Notes: generated by a model from the letters alone, not told the origin. 64,000 nt of DNA from Leptolyngbyaceae cyanobacterium (GCA_965263355.1 CBDHHL010000056.1:1632001-1696000); one strand, 5' to 3'. Positions 39,985-52,012 are shown, counted from the first letter of the stretch. Numbers and translations are program-made.

Positions 39985-40959
39985 CTATTCTCCACCATTA
40001 TCTGTTAAATCTTTAAGTTCATGTTCCACCATCGCCTCTACCAAACCAGCGAATGAATATTTGGGTTGCCATTTAATACGGGTCTTAATCTTATCCACAC
40101 AACCTGCCAATGTTACCGGCTCATCAGGTCGATAAAATTGTGGATCAACCGACACATAGTCCTGCCAGTTCAGCCCCACATAAGAAAACGCGCAGTCTAC
40201 CAGCTCCTTTACTGAATGAGTTTCTCCACTGGCAATGATAAAGTCATCGGGCTTGTCATGCTGCAACATCATCCACATGGCAGTCACCACATCTTCGGCA
40301 TGACACCAGTCACGCCGGGCATCTAAGTTACCTAGTTTAAGCTCATTCGCCATGCCTAACTTAATTTTCACCGCCCCCCGAGTGATTTTACGAAACACAA
40401 ATTCTGCGCCCCGGCGGGGTGACTCATGGGTATAGGTAATGCCACAGCAGGCATAAAGATCATACTGTTGCCGATAATTGACTGTCATCCAATGGGCATA
40501 GGCCTTAGCCACACCATAGGGATTACGGGGACGAAATGCTGTCCGCTCTGTCTGTGGTGACTCATCAGGCTGGCCAAATACCTCACTACTGGACGCTTGA
40601 TAAAATCGAGTATCTGATTTGCACCGACGAATTGCCTCTAGCAATCGAGAAACGCCAATCGCTGTATATTCTGCCGTTAGGGCAGGCTGCGTCCAGGACA
40701 ATGGCACATAGCTCTGAGAGGCTAAATTATAAATTTCATCTGGCTGAGCCTCATCAATCGCATCCATCAGCGAAAACTGATCTAGCAAATCACCAGAAAT
40801 AATGTGAACTTTATCGGCAAAATGGTTGATTCGCCCAAAACTACTAGAGCTGGAACGACGTACCATCCCATAAACCTCATAGCCATTACTCAGTAAAAGT
40901 TCTGCCAAGTAAGATCCATCCTGCCCAGTTAAACCAGTAATCAGCGCTTTTTTTGCCAT
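39985..40959 (-). CDS. gmd: GDP-mannose 4,6-dehydratase
   Basis: ALITGLTGQDGSYLAE, YNLASQS, YQASSSE, PYGVAK, HESPRRG. Confidence 0.95.
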   Translation of the reverse strand: MAKKALITGLTGQDGSYLAELLLSNGYEVYGMVRRSSSSSFGRINHFADKVHIISGDLLDQFSLMDAIDEAQPDEIYNLASQSYVPLSWTQPALTAEYTAIGVSRLLEAIRRCKSDTRFYQASSSEVFGQPDESPQTERTAFRPRNPYGVAKAYAHWMTVNYRQQYDLYACCGITYTHESPRRGAEFVFRKITRGAVKIKLGMANELKLGNLDARRDWCHAEDVVTAMWMMLQHDKPDDFIIASGETHSVKELVDCAFSYVGLNWQDYVSVDPQFYRPDEPVTLAGCVDKIKTRIKWQPKYSFAGLVEAMVEHELKDLTDNGGE

Positions 40960-41236
40960 GAACTAGAAATCCACGATCATTGCGTAATCAACCATAGCAA
41001 TAATTCACATACACAGCTGTTTTGGTTCTTGCACTTATGTGTAAAGTACACCAGCACTCTAAAACCATAGATATTTTTTCATGCATTGCATAAATATAGA
41101 AATGGAATCAGGTCATCCCATGAATTAAGCTCAATTAACAAATAAAACAATTATCAAAATCTCTCTAAAGGACAGCTAGAGAAGACAATAGATTCTATGT
41201 TTTTTTATTCCAAAATAGGATCTAAGGCGATAACAA

Positions 41237-41953
41237 TTAAGGCCATAGATTATATCTAACTATGCAATAAATTGCTCTCAAGCCATCTTTCCATCCTATT
41301 TTTTTTCCCTCTTTATATGTTCTACCGTAGTAAGAGATACCAACCTCGTAAATTCGGCATCCCATTTTGGCCACTTTAGCCGTTATCTCTGGCTCGAAGC
41401 CAAATCTATTTTCACGGATCTGAATAGACTGAATAACTTCTCTTTTAAAAGCTTTATAACCAGTCTCCATATCCGTGAGATTAATATTAGTAAACATATT
41501 AGATAGTGTGGTTAGGAAAACGTTGCCTACCATATGCCAATAATAAACAACTCTATGGGGCCTACCTCCTTGAAAACGTGATCCAAAAACTACGTCAGCT
41601 TTACCATCTAATATAGGCTTGAGCAAGTCAGGATACTCTTGTGGATCATACTCTAAGTCAGCATCTTGGACGATGACAACATCTCCAGTTGCCGCCGTAA
41701 ACCCGCTCCTTAATGCAGCTCCTTTACCCATATTTTTAGGATGATAAATAACTTTATCAACTATTAACTCAATCTTTTCTTTTAGTAGTTCCGTTGTGCC
41801 GTCATATGAACAATCATCAACAACAATAATTTCACAGTTTTCTATGGGGCTACGCTTAACAGCGGCAATGACAGACTCAATGGTATGAACCTCGTTATAG
41901 CAAGGAATGATAACGGATAGAATCACATTATAAAAGCTTTTTTCAACACTCAT
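41237..41953 (-). CDS. GT2 glycosyltransferase (polyprenol-phosphate GT/DPM1-like)
   Basis: [34 protein letters not shown]. Start uncertain. Confidence 0.9.
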   Translation of the reverse strand: MSVEKSFYNVILSVIIPCYNEVHTIESVIAAVKRSPIENCEIIVVDDCSYDGTTELLKEKIELIVDKVIYHPKNMGKGAALRSGFTAATGDVVIVQDADLEYDPQEYPDLLKPILDGKADVVFGSRFQGGRPHRVVYYWHMVGNVFLTTLSNMFTNINLTDMETGYKAFKREVIQSIQIRENRFGFEPEITAKVAKMGCRIYEVGISYYGRTYKEGKKIGWKDGLRAIYCIVRYNLWP

Positions 41954-42515
41954 TTGGCTTAGTTACTACACAAAAGTTATTCATCCATACTTGGAAGTAT
42001 CTATGAATAAAATTAGTAAACTTACCATTTTGAACCAAACATTTTTTTAATCTTTCACGATTGTAGTAACGTTTGTGATCTCTAATTTCAGCTTCACTAA
42101 TAATACCTACTTTATAGGATAAAAATTCTAGAACAGGTTGAGCCCAAATAGAAGGTACGGTGAGTACTAACCTGCCTCCGGGGCGCAATACTCGGTAAAC
42201 CTCATTAATCATGCCAGCTTCATTAGAAATATGCTCTAAAACCGCTAGCATTGTAACGGTTGAAAATTGGGCATCGTCAAAGGGTAATCTATCCAAAAAT
42301 GTAAGTTTTTTCGTATAAATATTATCGTTTATCTTGCCATTATTGACTTTGAAATCAACTCCATGTCCTTCACTGATATGGGGAGCTACTGCCTGTAAAA
42401 AGGTTGCTGAGGCACCACACCCAATATCTAGTAAAGGCTGCCCCTTGAGAACATATGGCATCACCTTAAGCAAGCGAAATCGTCTTAGCAGAGGCTCTAG
42501 AAGTGGTTCTCGCAT
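41943..42515 (-). CDS. Class I SAM-dependent methyltransferase
   Basis: [20 protein letters not shown]. Confidence 0.88.
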   Translation of the reverse strand: MREPLLEPLLRRFRLLKVMPYVLKGQPLLDIGCGASATFLQAVAPHISEGHGVDFKVNNGKINDNIYTKKLTFLDRLPFDDAQFSTVTMLAVLEHISNEAGMINEVYRVLRPGGRLVLTVPSIWAQPVLEFLSYKVGIISEAEIRDHKRYYNRERLKKCLVQNGKFTNFIHRYFQVWMNNFCVVTKPNEC

Positions 42516-42554
42516 AATAGTGTATCAAGGATAGATTTTTAAGATATCCAAGCG

Positions 42555-44513
42555 CTATAAAGGAGCCTTAGTAGCGCTCAATAAGTTATCAAAAGTACCA
42601 TAGGTTAACTTTAAGGACTTGCCCAGTTCATTAGCTGCGGCAAAGCTAAGATGATGCTGATCGTAGGTAAGTAATTTTTCCGAATCACCGTAGACAAGAT
42701 TGCACTGTTTCTCTGGACAATAGAAGTCTAGCTTGGAAACGTAGGCCAACCCATGCTCTGATGCAACTTTTCTAATAGCCTGATCTTGCACCACTAATTT
42801 ATACTCAAAAATCTCTTCAAATTCCTCTTCAGAAAACGAGGTACTTCTCTTACGAATCACCGTATCAGGCAAGTCATACTTAAATCCTGGAGCATTACCA
42901 AAAAATAAAGTTTTTTCTAGCAACTTTTCTGGCAAAAGATTCAAAAAGTTGATGAGAGTTTCAGGTTGAAAATGGAGATAGTAGCTAGAGATGACTAGAT
43001 AATCTACATTTTCATAATTAGACGCCATAGCAAGATTATCCAATAGCTGTAGGCACTTATCATAGTTGGGATGCCCTAGATCCGCCATTTGCCTAAAGTC
43101 ATTAGATAGCATAGGTGGGCATCCAGGCACCGACTGCAAAATGTAGTAGAAATCTGGAAAATGAGGTTGTAAAATATTGAGCCCATCAATTCCATGACTG
43201 TCACCTAAAATCAACACAACGGGCTGTTCAGCATCAGAAGGGATTACTTCACAAGCGTTCCACCCACGATCAACACAGTTCTGTTTTTGTAGATGAAATC
43301 TATAATCTTTCTCATTTTGAATTTCCAATGAGATCTCTGCAATATTACTCGGAAATCGTTGTGGATATCCTTGACTAGACCAAGCATGAGAAAATACTAA
43401 AACGGCAGGAAAAATCAAAATCAAAGTAAATAAAAGACTACCATTTATAAAATTATTTTCAACAAAGAACTGACGTTTTCTAATAGGACTTTCAATCACA
43501 TATGTGGTTACTATTGCCAAAATCAAGGTTATAACTGCAATAGCAACACCGCTAACCAAGTCTATATCTGGAGAAATTTTCTTCTTAAAGAGAACGATCA
43601 ATGGCCAATGGTACAAATAAAATGCGTAGGATATTTTGCCTAGAAATACTAACGGTTGATTCGCCAGCAGCCGAGTACAAATCTTTGATTTTTTACCAAA
43701 GTAAATAATGACTGCTGTCAAAAGACATGGGATAAGCACAATCCATCCCGGAAAATGATAGCTAATGCCTTCTGCAGATATGAGCACTAGAATTAAAGTA
43801 AATAGTGCAAAAGATGCTAGTACAGACAAGTTTGAAAATTGAGCAGATTGTTTGGGTTCAAATTTTAACCAACATAAAAATGCTCCTATGGCAAACTCAC
43901 TGATCCTAAACGGTGTGAGATAAAAGGCCATACTTGGATCATTGATTGAAACCAACCAGGTCACTGTCGAACCTAGAAGTATTGTCAATAAAATAGCTAA
44001 AGGTTGGTGCTTAGGGCTAATCTTTTGACAGATGAAGACGATGAAGAAAGGCCATATCAAATAGAATTGCGCTTCTACAGCTAAAGACCAGGTATGCAGT
44101 AATAATTGGGACTCAGAAGCGACATCAAAATATCCAGAGTTTAAATAAAAATAAATGTTAGAAACAGATAGCAATGAATAAACTGATGTTTTAGAAAACT
44201 CAGTCAGTTCAGCTGGAGTTAAAATGAATAGGCCAATAACTAATACCAATAAAAGCGTTGTTAGCAAACAGGGTAATAGTCTCTTTATGCGGCGGTAGTA
44301 AAACTCTAAAAAATTGAATGAGTGAGATGCCACCTTCCTTTTTATTATCCCTGTTATTAGATAACCGCTAATAACAAAAAAGATATCGACACCGAGAAAA
44401 CCACCTTTAAATATTTCAGGATTGAGATGGTAGATCAACACAAGGATGACAGCAATCCCTCTTAGTCCATCAACATAGGGATAATACTTTGACTTATTCA
44501 TAGGATTGACCAA
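42555..44513 (-). CDS. O-acyltransferase (acyltransferase_3 plus SGNH, OafA/OatA-like)
   Basis: DGLRGIAV, GVDIFFVISGY, HTWSLAVEAQFY, then GDSH and DQHH in the SGNH domain. Confidence 0.92.
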   Translation of the reverse strand: MVNPMNKSKYYPYVDGLRGIAVILVLIYHLNPEIFKGGFLGVDIFFVISGYLITGIIKRKVASHSFNFLEFYYRRIKRLLPCLLTTLLLVLVIGLFILTPAELTEFSKTSVYSLLSVSNIYFYLNSGYFDVASESQLLLHTWSLAVEAQFYLIWPFFIVFICQKISPKHQPLAILLTILLGSTVTWLVSINDPSMAFYLTPFRISEFAIGAFLCWLKFEPKQSAQFSNLSVLASFALFTLILVLISAEGISYHFPGWIVLIPCLLTAVIIYFGKKSKICTRLLANQPLVFLGKISYAFYLYHWPLIVLFKKKISPDIDLVSGVAIAVITLILAIVTTYVIESPIRKRQFFVENNFINGSLLFTLILIFPAVLVFSHAWSSQGYPQRFPSNIAEISLEIQNEKDYRFHLQKQNCVDRGWNACEVIPSDAEQPVVLILGDSHGIDGLNILQPHFPDFYYILQSVPGCPPMLSNDFRQMADLGHPNYDKCLQLLDNLAMASNYENVDYLVISSYYLHFQPETLINFLNLLPEKLLEKTLFFGNAPGFKYDLPDTVIRKRSTSFSEEEFEEIFEYKLVVQDQAIRKVASEHGLAYVSKLDFYCPEKQCNLVYGDSEKLLTYDQHHLSFAAANELGKSLKLTYGTFDNLLSATKAPL

Positions 44514-44660
44514 AGCCTTTTAACCCAAAAATGTCTGCTACTAAAACAAGCTAACAGTATCACTAGCTCTTGCTGCAAATATGCAATCCCCTATATGGGG
44601 CGAACTATTATCCATCATGAAATAATCAGGTAAAATCATCACTCAAAGCACTGTATCATT

Positions 44661-45614
44661 TTGACGGATAATGCCGCTCAACCTCAAATGCTTTATTTTT
44701 TAACGATTAACTATTACTCCACTGATTTATTAGGTCAGCTGTTGCAATCCATAAAACAGGTATCTTCCCAAATTTCATACAACATTATTATTGTCAATAA
44801 CTCTCCCGACGACAAATCAGTTTATGACTTACAGCAAAAATTTGAAAAAATAACTGTTCTCACGGCTACAGAAAACTTGGGATTTGGTGGTGGCTGTAAC
44901 CTCGGCTTAGAACATGTTTATAAACAAGATTCAAATGGTTGGGTATGGCTCATTAATCCAGATGCATTGTTGGTTGCCAATGCAGCCTCATATGTCCAAA
45001 ACTGCTTTAAGCTACGTCCTAATCTCAGTATTTTAGGTACCCGTATTAAAGCCAGTGAAGACGACCTTTGGTTTGCCCAGGGACGCTTTAACTGGTGGAC
45101 AGGTTCTCTTAAACATCGTCTACCCAATGCTAATACGGCAGAACATCCGGTCAAGGTGCTGCCTAGTCGTTGGGTATCAGGCTGTAGTATGATCTTTAAC
45201 TTACAACAGTTTGATAGCTGTCCTCTGTTTGATCTCAATTTTTTCTTGGATTATGAGGATATCGAAATCTGCGAACGCTTCTATCGGCAAGGTCATACTG
45301 TTGGTGTCACGCAAGCTGTATTGGTAAACCATGCAGTATCTGCCATTACCAATCGCAACCGACGAGCCAAGTTTCGCCATGCCACATTTAGTAAACTGTA
45401 TTTTCTGTACAAGCATGGTTCTTGGCTAGCCCTGGGCCTAAATGTGATTTACATGCTGGCTTGGAGTATCAGGTTGATTTGTGGGGCCGATCGGGAAGTG
45501 GGGATTGGGCGTTTGCAGGGTTGGGTCGATTTTCTTGGCTGGTATCTAAAATCTCTCACCAAACAGCTATCGTCAGAACCGTTTCGCCCGTCTACGGCGT
45601 TTACTCAGTTGTAA
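44661..45614 (+). CDS. GT2 glycosyltransferase (opposite orientation to the cluster)
   Basis: NLGFGGGCN, LINPDA, FFLDYEDIE. Confidence 0.88.
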   Translation: MTDNAAQPQMLYFLTINYYSTDLLGQLLQSIKQVSSQISYNIIIVNNSPDDKSVYDLQQKFEKITVLTATENLGFGGGCNLGLEHVYKQDSNGWVWLINPDALLVANAASYVQNCFKLRPNLSILGTRIKASEDDLWFAQGRFNWWTGSLKHRLPNANTAEHPVKVLPSRWVSGCSMIFNLQQFDSCPLFDLNFFLDYEDIEICERFYRQGHTVGVTQAVLVNHAVSAITNRNRRAKFRHATFSKLYFLYKHGSWLALGLNVIYMLAWSIRLICGADREVGIGRLQGWVDFLGWYLKSLTKQLSSEPFRPSTAFTQL

Positions 45615-46454
45615 CAAACGTATTATTAGATGGTAGGCAGTTTGGGGATAGGCGTACCACGGACAATAGTGCAAAATGATGTATGCGATCGCACTCAAAA
45701 ACAAATGAGACTTTGGATGGAAAAAGGCATACCTAAGCCCAGCAATGCTGCTCAAATCCTGTTGTTTCTGTTCCGCAGAAAAGTCATCCTTAAGTACCAC
45801 ATGGGGGGCAACATACGCTTGAAATCCATAGTTTCTAGCTCTCAGGAGAAATTCTGAGTCAGCATGATAGTGGGGTAAAAACTTAGCTTGATACAAACCT
45901 ACCCTTTCAAACACATTGCGATGGATCAGCACCCCATCTCCAGGCAACGTATCAACCGGAATTACCTCCTGGGCCAGGATATCAGCAGGTAATTCCGCAA
46001 GATTAACATCATGATGCTGCAATCGGAGAAAATTTGGTGTTCCCCACATCAGCTGTGTTCCCAATGCCCACACCCTATCCGATGGCGTTAGATAATCAAT
46101 CCGATTTCCTAAAATAGACAGCTCATGGAATTGTGCCAAAGTAACTAAGCGTTGTACATGGTCAGGGCTAACCATTGCATCGTCATTGATGGTCAACACA
46201 TAGTCATACTTTTGTTCCAGAGCATAATTCACCCCAGCATTTGTCGCCCCAGCCCAATATTGTTGATTATCAACCCGTAATACCCTCACATCAACATATT
46301 GCTGTTGTACTTTTTCAGCCGTCCCATCTGGAGAATTGGAGTCCACCACCACTATGGTTAAATCAGCATAGGTCTGCCCAACAAAATGCTGTAAAAATCG
46401 CTGGGTTTTGAGCCAACGATTGTAGGTAGGCACAATAGCAGCAACTCTCACCAT
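45573..46454 (-). CDS. GT2 glycosyltransferase
   Basis: AAIVPTYNR, VVVDSNSPDGT, INDD, HYHADSEF. Confidence 0.88.
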   Translation of the reverse strand: MVRVAAIVPTYNRWLKTQRFLQHFVGQTYADLTIVVVDSNSPDGTAEKVQQQYVDVRVLRVDNQQYWAGATNAGVNYALEQKYDYVLTINDDAMVSPDHVQRLVTLAQFHELSILGNRIDYLTPSDRVWALGTQLMWGTPNFLRLQHHDVNLAELPADILAQEVIPVDTLPGDGVLIHRNVFERVGLYQAKFLPHYHADSEFLLRARNYGFQAYVAPHVVLKDDFSAEQKQQDLSSIAGLRYAFFHPKSHLFLSAIAYIILHYCPWYAYPQTAYHLIIRLLQLSKRRRRAKRF

Positions 46455-48223
46455 TAGCTTCGCCTACGTTCGTCTGGCCAAGCCAACTGAAAAAAGGGAC
46501 GACGTAGCGATAAATTAGGGTTATAGTACGGATCATTCACCATGTAGTGGGTATCCGCAAACCGCCTATGGAGCCGCTCCAATTCCCCAGGCCTTAGTTT
46601 ACTCACACGACTGACAGACTCATAGTGAAACAATTTCGCATAGGGCGTAAATACATTACGGTAGCCAGCCTGATGAGCCCGTAGACACAGATCTACATCG
46701 TTGTAGCTGAGGGGAAAGCTTTCATCAAATCCATCGAGTTCCTCAAACACTCTGCGACGCATCATCAAACAGGCTCCAGTAACACCCAGATAATTACGAT
46801 TCACAACATTAGAACCATAATAGCCGTCATGCTTGCCTGAACCATTATGAAATGCATGGCTAGGATTGCCTGCCAAAATCACCATACCCGCATGCTGTAA
46901 ACGACCATTCGGATAAAATAATTTTGCACCAACAGCTGCAATGTCTTCTTGTTGGGCCAGCTCCAACATCGCCTCAATCCAGTCAGGGGTAATGACTTCT
47001 ATATCATCATTCAGCATGAGCAATACATCTCCCCCGGCTGCCGTAGCTCCCAGATTTATACGCCGTGAAAAGTTAAAGGGCTGATTACAACGCACAAGTT
47101 TTAGCTCAGCCCCCTGCACCATGTCTAAATATATTTGGGGAATATCGTAACCATCCACCAAAATAATTTCAAAGTTCTTATAGGTACTCCTGCGACGGAT
47201 ACTATCAATACATTGCACCAGCAAACATACTTGCTGACCCTTAATTTTCAAACAGGCTCCTGCACTAGGAATGATGATACTCACTCGGGGATTGCCCTGG
47301 ATATGGCGACGGATTATAAAAAAACCAGGTTTCTTAGGATAAGGCTTTACCGTACCTGGGTAGTTACTTCGGTCTACAGCATCCTGCAATGCTCTCTGAG
47401 CAGCGTCATTAGCCCAAGGGATTGCCTGCGTTCCAAAGATAGACAACGATGATGATAGCCGTTTGTGATACAACACCTTTGGAATATGGTGGATGCGACG
47501 AGTTTTTTCGGTCAGACGTAATATAAGATCCCAATTTTGAGCACCATCATAGTCACTACGAAAACCACCTAGCCGACGCACCAGCCTAGTACGATAAACC
47601 CCTAGATGACAGACAGACAGACAAGCCTGGCAATAATCAGGTGACCAGTCAGGCTTAAAAAATGGATTCTTACGGTTTCCCCAGGATGTTATTTGATCGT
47701 TATCTGTGTAAATAAAGTCGGTATCTGGCTCGATATTCAGATATTTAACAACTTCATACAGAGCATTAGTCGCCAACTCATCACTGCATTCTAATAAAGT
47801 AAAAAAATCTCCTTTAGCTATCTTCAGCGCCCTATTTAGGTTTAGGGCAGCAGAAAAACTGCTATTTTCGTCACTGCCAATCATATCAATTCGTTCATCA
47901 GCTAGAAAATCTATCAAGAGTGAACGAATGTGGGTAGATACAGAAACAGCCTCAACAATAACAATACATAATTGCCAATGACCATACTGCTGGTTAAGAA
48001 CCGATTCAATTGCCTTAATCAACCAGGCAGAATTAGCATTATAAATAGGTAATAAAATAGAAATCAGAGGTCTGTTGCGGAGAACTGCCTCGCTCTTCTC
48101 TTCTGAAATCGAAGTAATCCACCGGTTATAGTTAGGAGATGTTAGCCTACATCGAAGACGTTGATATAGACTCTTAACGCCGCCAGTTTTTACAATCTCA
48201 ACAATTTGCGAAAGGCCAACCAA
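46454..48223 (-). CDS. Two-domain GT2 glycosyltransferase
   Basis: ISILLPIYN...FFKPDWSPD...DGAQNWD, then SIIIP...FNFSRRIN...LNDD...YNDVDLCLR. TTG start. Confidence 0.88.
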   Translation of the reverse strand: MVGLSQIVEIVKTGGVKSLYQRLRCRLTSPNYNRWITSISEEKSEAVLRNRPLISILLPIYNANSAWLIKAIESVLNQQYGHWQLCIVIVEAVSVSTHIRSLLIDFLADERIDMIGSDENSSFSAALNLNRALKIAKGDFFTLLECSDELATNALYEVVKYLNIEPDTDFIYTDNDQITSWGNRKNPFFKPDWSPDYCQACLSVCHLGVYRTRLVRRLGGFRSDYDGAQNWDLILRLTEKTRRIHHIPKVLYHKRLSSSLSIFGTQAIPWANDAAQRALQDAVDRSNYPGTVKPYPKKPGFFIIRRHIQGNPRVSIIIPSAGACLKIKGQQVCLLVQCIDSIRRRSTYKNFEIILVDGYDIPQIYLDMVQGAELKLVRCNQPFNFSRRINLGATAAGGDVLLMLNDDIEVITPDWIEAMLELAQQEDIAAVGAKLFYPNGRLQHAGMVILAGNPSHAFHNGSGKHDGYYGSNVVNRNYLGVTGACLMMRRRVFEELDGFDESFPLSYNDVDLCLRAHQAGYRNVFTPYAKLFHYESVSRVSKLRPGELERLHRRFADTHYMVNDPYYNPNLSLRRPFFQLAWPDERRRS

Positions 48224-48422
48224 AACAATTAAACAACCTTACTAGAAGCTTATTATAATCAACTAATTGATATCAGATATGCAAAGAGATATATCAACCA
48301 TATCTTGAGAAAAGAACCACTAGAAAATATCAGACAGACTTGCTATGGAAAATCTATTCTAAGATCTCTTTGTTCTTTACAAAGCATATCCACCTACTCT
48401 AATTAGATAGAGTCTTTCCCTA

Positions 48423-50534
48423 TCAATCAACTACCCTTGCTAAAACATCAGCAATCTTAGGTGATATTTTAGCTAAAGAATAGCTTTCCTTTGCTTTATT
48501 GAACCCGTTTTTTGAAAGCATTTGCCAGTCCTTTTCTGAACGATATAACTTCAGAATGTTCTCCGAAAATCCATGGGGGTCATCAGCAACAGCAACATTC
48601 AAACCATCCACTAACCCCATACCCTCAACTGCGATTGAAGTTGCAACAACGGGTACACCAAAACTCAAACTAGAAACAATTTTTCCCTTCATGCCTGCAC
48701 CATATCTCAATGGTGCAATAGATAACCTAACTCTCTCAAATAACGTATGGAGTTCAGGGACAAAGCCTTCTACTAGAATATCTGCCGATGCTAATGCCCT
48801 AATATGATCCGGGATATTAGAACCGGCAATAATAAAACGGCAGTCTGGTAAGCTTTTCTTAACTAAATTCCAGATATCAGCAACAAAATATTCAACAGCA
48901 TCAATATTAGGAGTATGGGCAAATCCTCCTAAAAAACAAATATCTTGTCTAGACTGAAAACCATTTTTAGATCCTGGAACAGCATGTGGAATAGGGACAA
49001 CATCCGTTTTAGCCAAGGGAAGATATTGCTTGACTATTTTTTCTTCTTCCCCAGTCACTAAAAGAGTGAGATCAGATTTTTCAATAATCCCTAGTTCTTC
49101 ACTTTTCAAGTTCTCTAGATAGCTTTTAGCTGTTTCCGACACATTACCATTCAATGCATTTTCCCTAGATTCCCGCAAAAAATGTAAATCGACTGTATTA
49201 AAAATTATTTTTGATTGGGGAGCATAGGCTTTTACATCTTCAAGCGTTTTAGACGCCACTGGCAAACGGGATAAAACAACCACATCAAGCTGATGGCCAT
49301 AGACTTGAAGATAATTCACTAAAGACTTCATATACGGCCAATACAAACACTGAATGCCTAAACGTTGCAAATCTTCAGTATGTTTAGCTACATATCGCTG
49401 CTTGAAAAATGGAATAAATGTGATTCCCCAACCATGCTCATGGGCGCTTTGAATAAAATTAAATGCATAGACTGAGCCAGCATCTTGATCAGGTGTCAGC
49501 GTTAAAGCATCTATCCACAGCAGGGTACGTTGTTTATATGGCTTCCAAACAGAAAATGTTGACGATGCAGGCTTTGGCCTTCGAACCAACTCATGCTTCC
49601 ATCTATCTTGAAACTTAGACTGATTGAGAGACTGATATTTTTTTACACCCGACGATAAGTCAGTCCCTGAACTAACGCCTTCAAAATGAACCACTTTTGA
49701 GAAAGGGGTATAAATGACTTTATACCCAGCTTCCCTCACTCGAAATGCTAGATCAGCATCCTCATAGTAGGCAGGCGTATAACGTTCATCAAACCCACCA
49801 AGCTGATACCAAAGGCATTTTGAAATAGCTATGGAAGCCCCAGAACAGTAATCAACCTCCCGAATGAAATTGTATCTATAATCATTGGGATCACCGTTGC
49901 GACCATAGTTCCATCCTGATGCGTCTTCAAAGACAAACCCACCTGCTTCTTGTAAGGTGCCGTCTGGATATAACAACATAGACCCAACTAATCCAATGCT
50001 GTCATCCTTAACTAAAGGAGTGAGTAATTCTGACAACCAATCAGAAAAGGGGGCTGTATCGTTATTGAGAAAAATAATATGCTTACCCCTAGCGACTTTT
50101 GCCGCATTGTTGCAATTAAGCAAAAATCCAAGGGTTTTAGGATTACGGACATAGATGAGACCATCAATTAACTTTGAAATACGTTGCGTCTCATCCGTAG
50201 AGCAATCATCTGCCAGAATCACTTCAAATGTATAGTGAGTTTCTTGACAAGATAGGGCTCTTAGACATCGCAATGTATATTCAATCTTATTAAAGACTGG
50301 CACGATAACAGTGACATCTGGTTCGCTAACAAATTTAAACGCAAACCTTTTAGCTTCATCATAGAACTCATCTATAACGATTGCTTTCCCTAAAGCTTTT
50401 TCTATTCTTTCAGCTACATATGCCGACTTACTTCGAGCATAGTTTAGATCTATCAACTTAAATCGAACACGTTGATAAAGTCCTCTAAATCCCTCTCTAC
50501 TTACAATGTCAACGATACTTGAAAAACTAACCAA
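48423..50534 (-). CDS. GT2 plus GT4 bifunctional glycosyltransferase (paralog A)
   Basis: VIVPVFNK, FLNNDT, YYEDADL, then PDQDAGS, GGFAHTPNIDA, PLRYGAGMKGK. Confidence 0.9.
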   Translation of the reverse strand: MVSFSSIVDIVSREGFRGLYQRVRFKLIDLNYARSKSAYVAERIEKALGKAIVIDEFYDEAKRFAFKFVSEPDVTVIVPVFNKIEYTLRCLRALSCQETHYTFEVILADDCSTDETQRISKLIDGLIYVRNPKTLGFLLNCNNAAKVARGKHIIFLNNDTAPFSDWLSELLTPLVKDDSIGLVGSMLLYPDGTLQEAGGFVFEDASGWNYGRNGDPNDYRYNFIREVDYCSGASIAISKCLWYQLGGFDERYTPAYYEDADLAFRVREAGYKVIYTPFSKVVHFEGVSSGTDLSSGVKKYQSLNQSKFQDRWKHELVRRPKPASSTFSVWKPYKQRTLLWIDALTLTPDQDAGSVYAFNFIQSAHEHGWGITFIPFFKQRYVAKHTEDLQRLGIQCLYWPYMKSLVNYLQVYGHQLDVVVLSRLPVASKTLEDVKAYAPQSKIIFNTVDLHFLRESRENALNGNVSETAKSYLENLKSEELGIIEKSDLTLLVTGEEEKIVKQYLPLAKTDVVPIPHAVPGSKNGFQSRQDICFLGGFAHTPNIDAVEYFVADIWNLVKKSLPDCRFIIAGSNIPDHIRALASADILVEGFVPELHTLFERVRLSIAPLRYGAGMKGKIVSSLSFGVPVVATSIAVEGMGLVDGLNVAVADDPHGFSENILKLYRSEKDWQMLSKNGFNKAKESYSLAKISPKIADVLARVVD

Positions 50535-50632
50535 AACAACTAAACAGCCTCACTGATAAACCAGTATATGGAGCAATCTATATAGGGTATTCAACAAGAA
50601 ACACTAACTTCTATTCTCAGGAAGAAGATACA

Positions 50633-51757
50633 TCAAGTTGCAACCTTTTCCAACCAAATATTTCCACCTGTATTTTTCAAACAGTTCGCCATATTTTCTT
50701 GCAACCAGTTTCGATGGAACTGAGCAATAAAATCTGAGAATAATCGAATTTCAAACTTTTGGTTGTACTGCAAAAAAGAGCGAAGAATATATTGTTCACT
50801 CCATGCCCTACCATCATCTAGCCACTTATCAGGATATTCAAATGGATAAAACACATCATGAATATGAATAAAGACTCCTTTATTTAGAGACGGCAAAATC
50901 TCAAAAAATATCTGATTAACGTCACTGCCGGCTTTACTCACATGGGTTGAATCGATAAAAAGAATATCGCCAGCTACTAATTTAGAAAAGAACGAGAGAT
51001 CTACATTTTGTAATGGCTTATCTATAATCTGTATACGCTCTTTATCGCCAGGTTTCAGTAGAGATTGCAAAAGTTGAGGATAGGGTTCAATAAAAGTACA
51101 GTTTATTGAATTTTCAAAAAATAGCTCATTGGTATCTAGGGTCATGCATGAAGAGTAACCAGAACCAATTTCAATAATATTCTTAGGCTTTAAATATCTA
51201 ATAAAGCAGTTCAGAAATATAGAGTCTGCATAGGAGTAAGCTGGATTTTTATAGTAAAATCTGTGAATATTATTTTTCTCTGATGAGAAAGGCAATTGTC
51301 GATAAAAGTCTTTGAATAACTCAAGCAATAGTAATTGAGCGTCTTCATTCAGTTTAATCCCTGGTAATGTCTTAGCCGCAGCAGTACGTTGCCTTTTAGC
51401 CAGGGCTCTATTTTCTAAGGAAGGAATACATGAATAGAAATGGCCAGGATGAACAAACTCTTTATTCCTTTTTCTAGACTTAAACTCCTGGGATGAAAAT
51501 AGACTACTGACAAACTCAATTCGGCTCATACCAGCATTAAGCTTATTCACATAAAAAGCTTTTGACTTTCTAGCAATATTACAGTCAAAAATCTGCTGAT
51601 AACAGATCTCAACAAAATCAGCATTATTCAAATTTTCTAATGCTTCGGTATTTTTTGGAGCAGACTTATCTAGGTCCTTATCAAGAGTCTGATTTCCGAT
51701 AAAAACATTAAAAATCAGTGATTTTATAGCAGGTTTTATTTTTTTGAAGAGTGCCAT
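50633..51757 (-). CDS. Class I SAM methyltransferase (Methyltransf_24-like) with short N-terminal helical module
   Basis: IIEIGSGYS, ILFIDSTH, IHDVFYPFEYP. Confidence 0.82.
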   Translation of the reverse strand: MALFKKIKPAIKSLIFNVFIGNQTLDKDLDKSAPKNTEALENLNNADFVEICYQQIFDCNIARKSKAFYVNKLNAGMSRIEFVSSLFSSQEFKSRKRNKEFVHPGHFYSCIPSLENRALAKRQRTAAAKTLPGIKLNEDAQLLLLELFKDFYRQLPFSSEKNNIHRFYYKNPAYSYADSIFLNCFIRYLKPKNIIEIGSGYSSCMTLDTNELFFENSINCTFIEPYPQLLQSLLKPGDKERIQIIDKPLQNVDLSFFSKLVAGDILFIDSTHVSKAGSDVNQIFFEILPSLNKGVFIHIHDVFYPFEYPDKWLDDGRAWSEQYILRSFLQYNQKFEIRLFSDFIAQFHRNWLQENMANCLKNTGGNIWLEKVAT

Positions 51758-52012
51758 AAATCTAAACTAGAAATATTGTCCCAAACACGTCCTTAAAACA
51801 TTGTTTGGATAACAGCTATTAGCATCAACACCGTTATGAATCCCCTTTAACTTGCCTTAAAGGCTAACTCTCAAAAATCTGTGATGAACCATCACACTAC
51901 TTTCTAAAGTCTAAAAACCAGCTCTTATCCATAAATATTACTATCATTTTAGTATCGGGATAGATGCAATAGTAAGTAATACATCCAAAGCACGATACCC
52001 CACAGTCAGTTA

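Noticed and set aside
39715..40135. Short ORFs 39715-39960, 39878-40135 and 22351-22587
   Set aside because: They overlap the MITE copies and show no transposase or other motifs.
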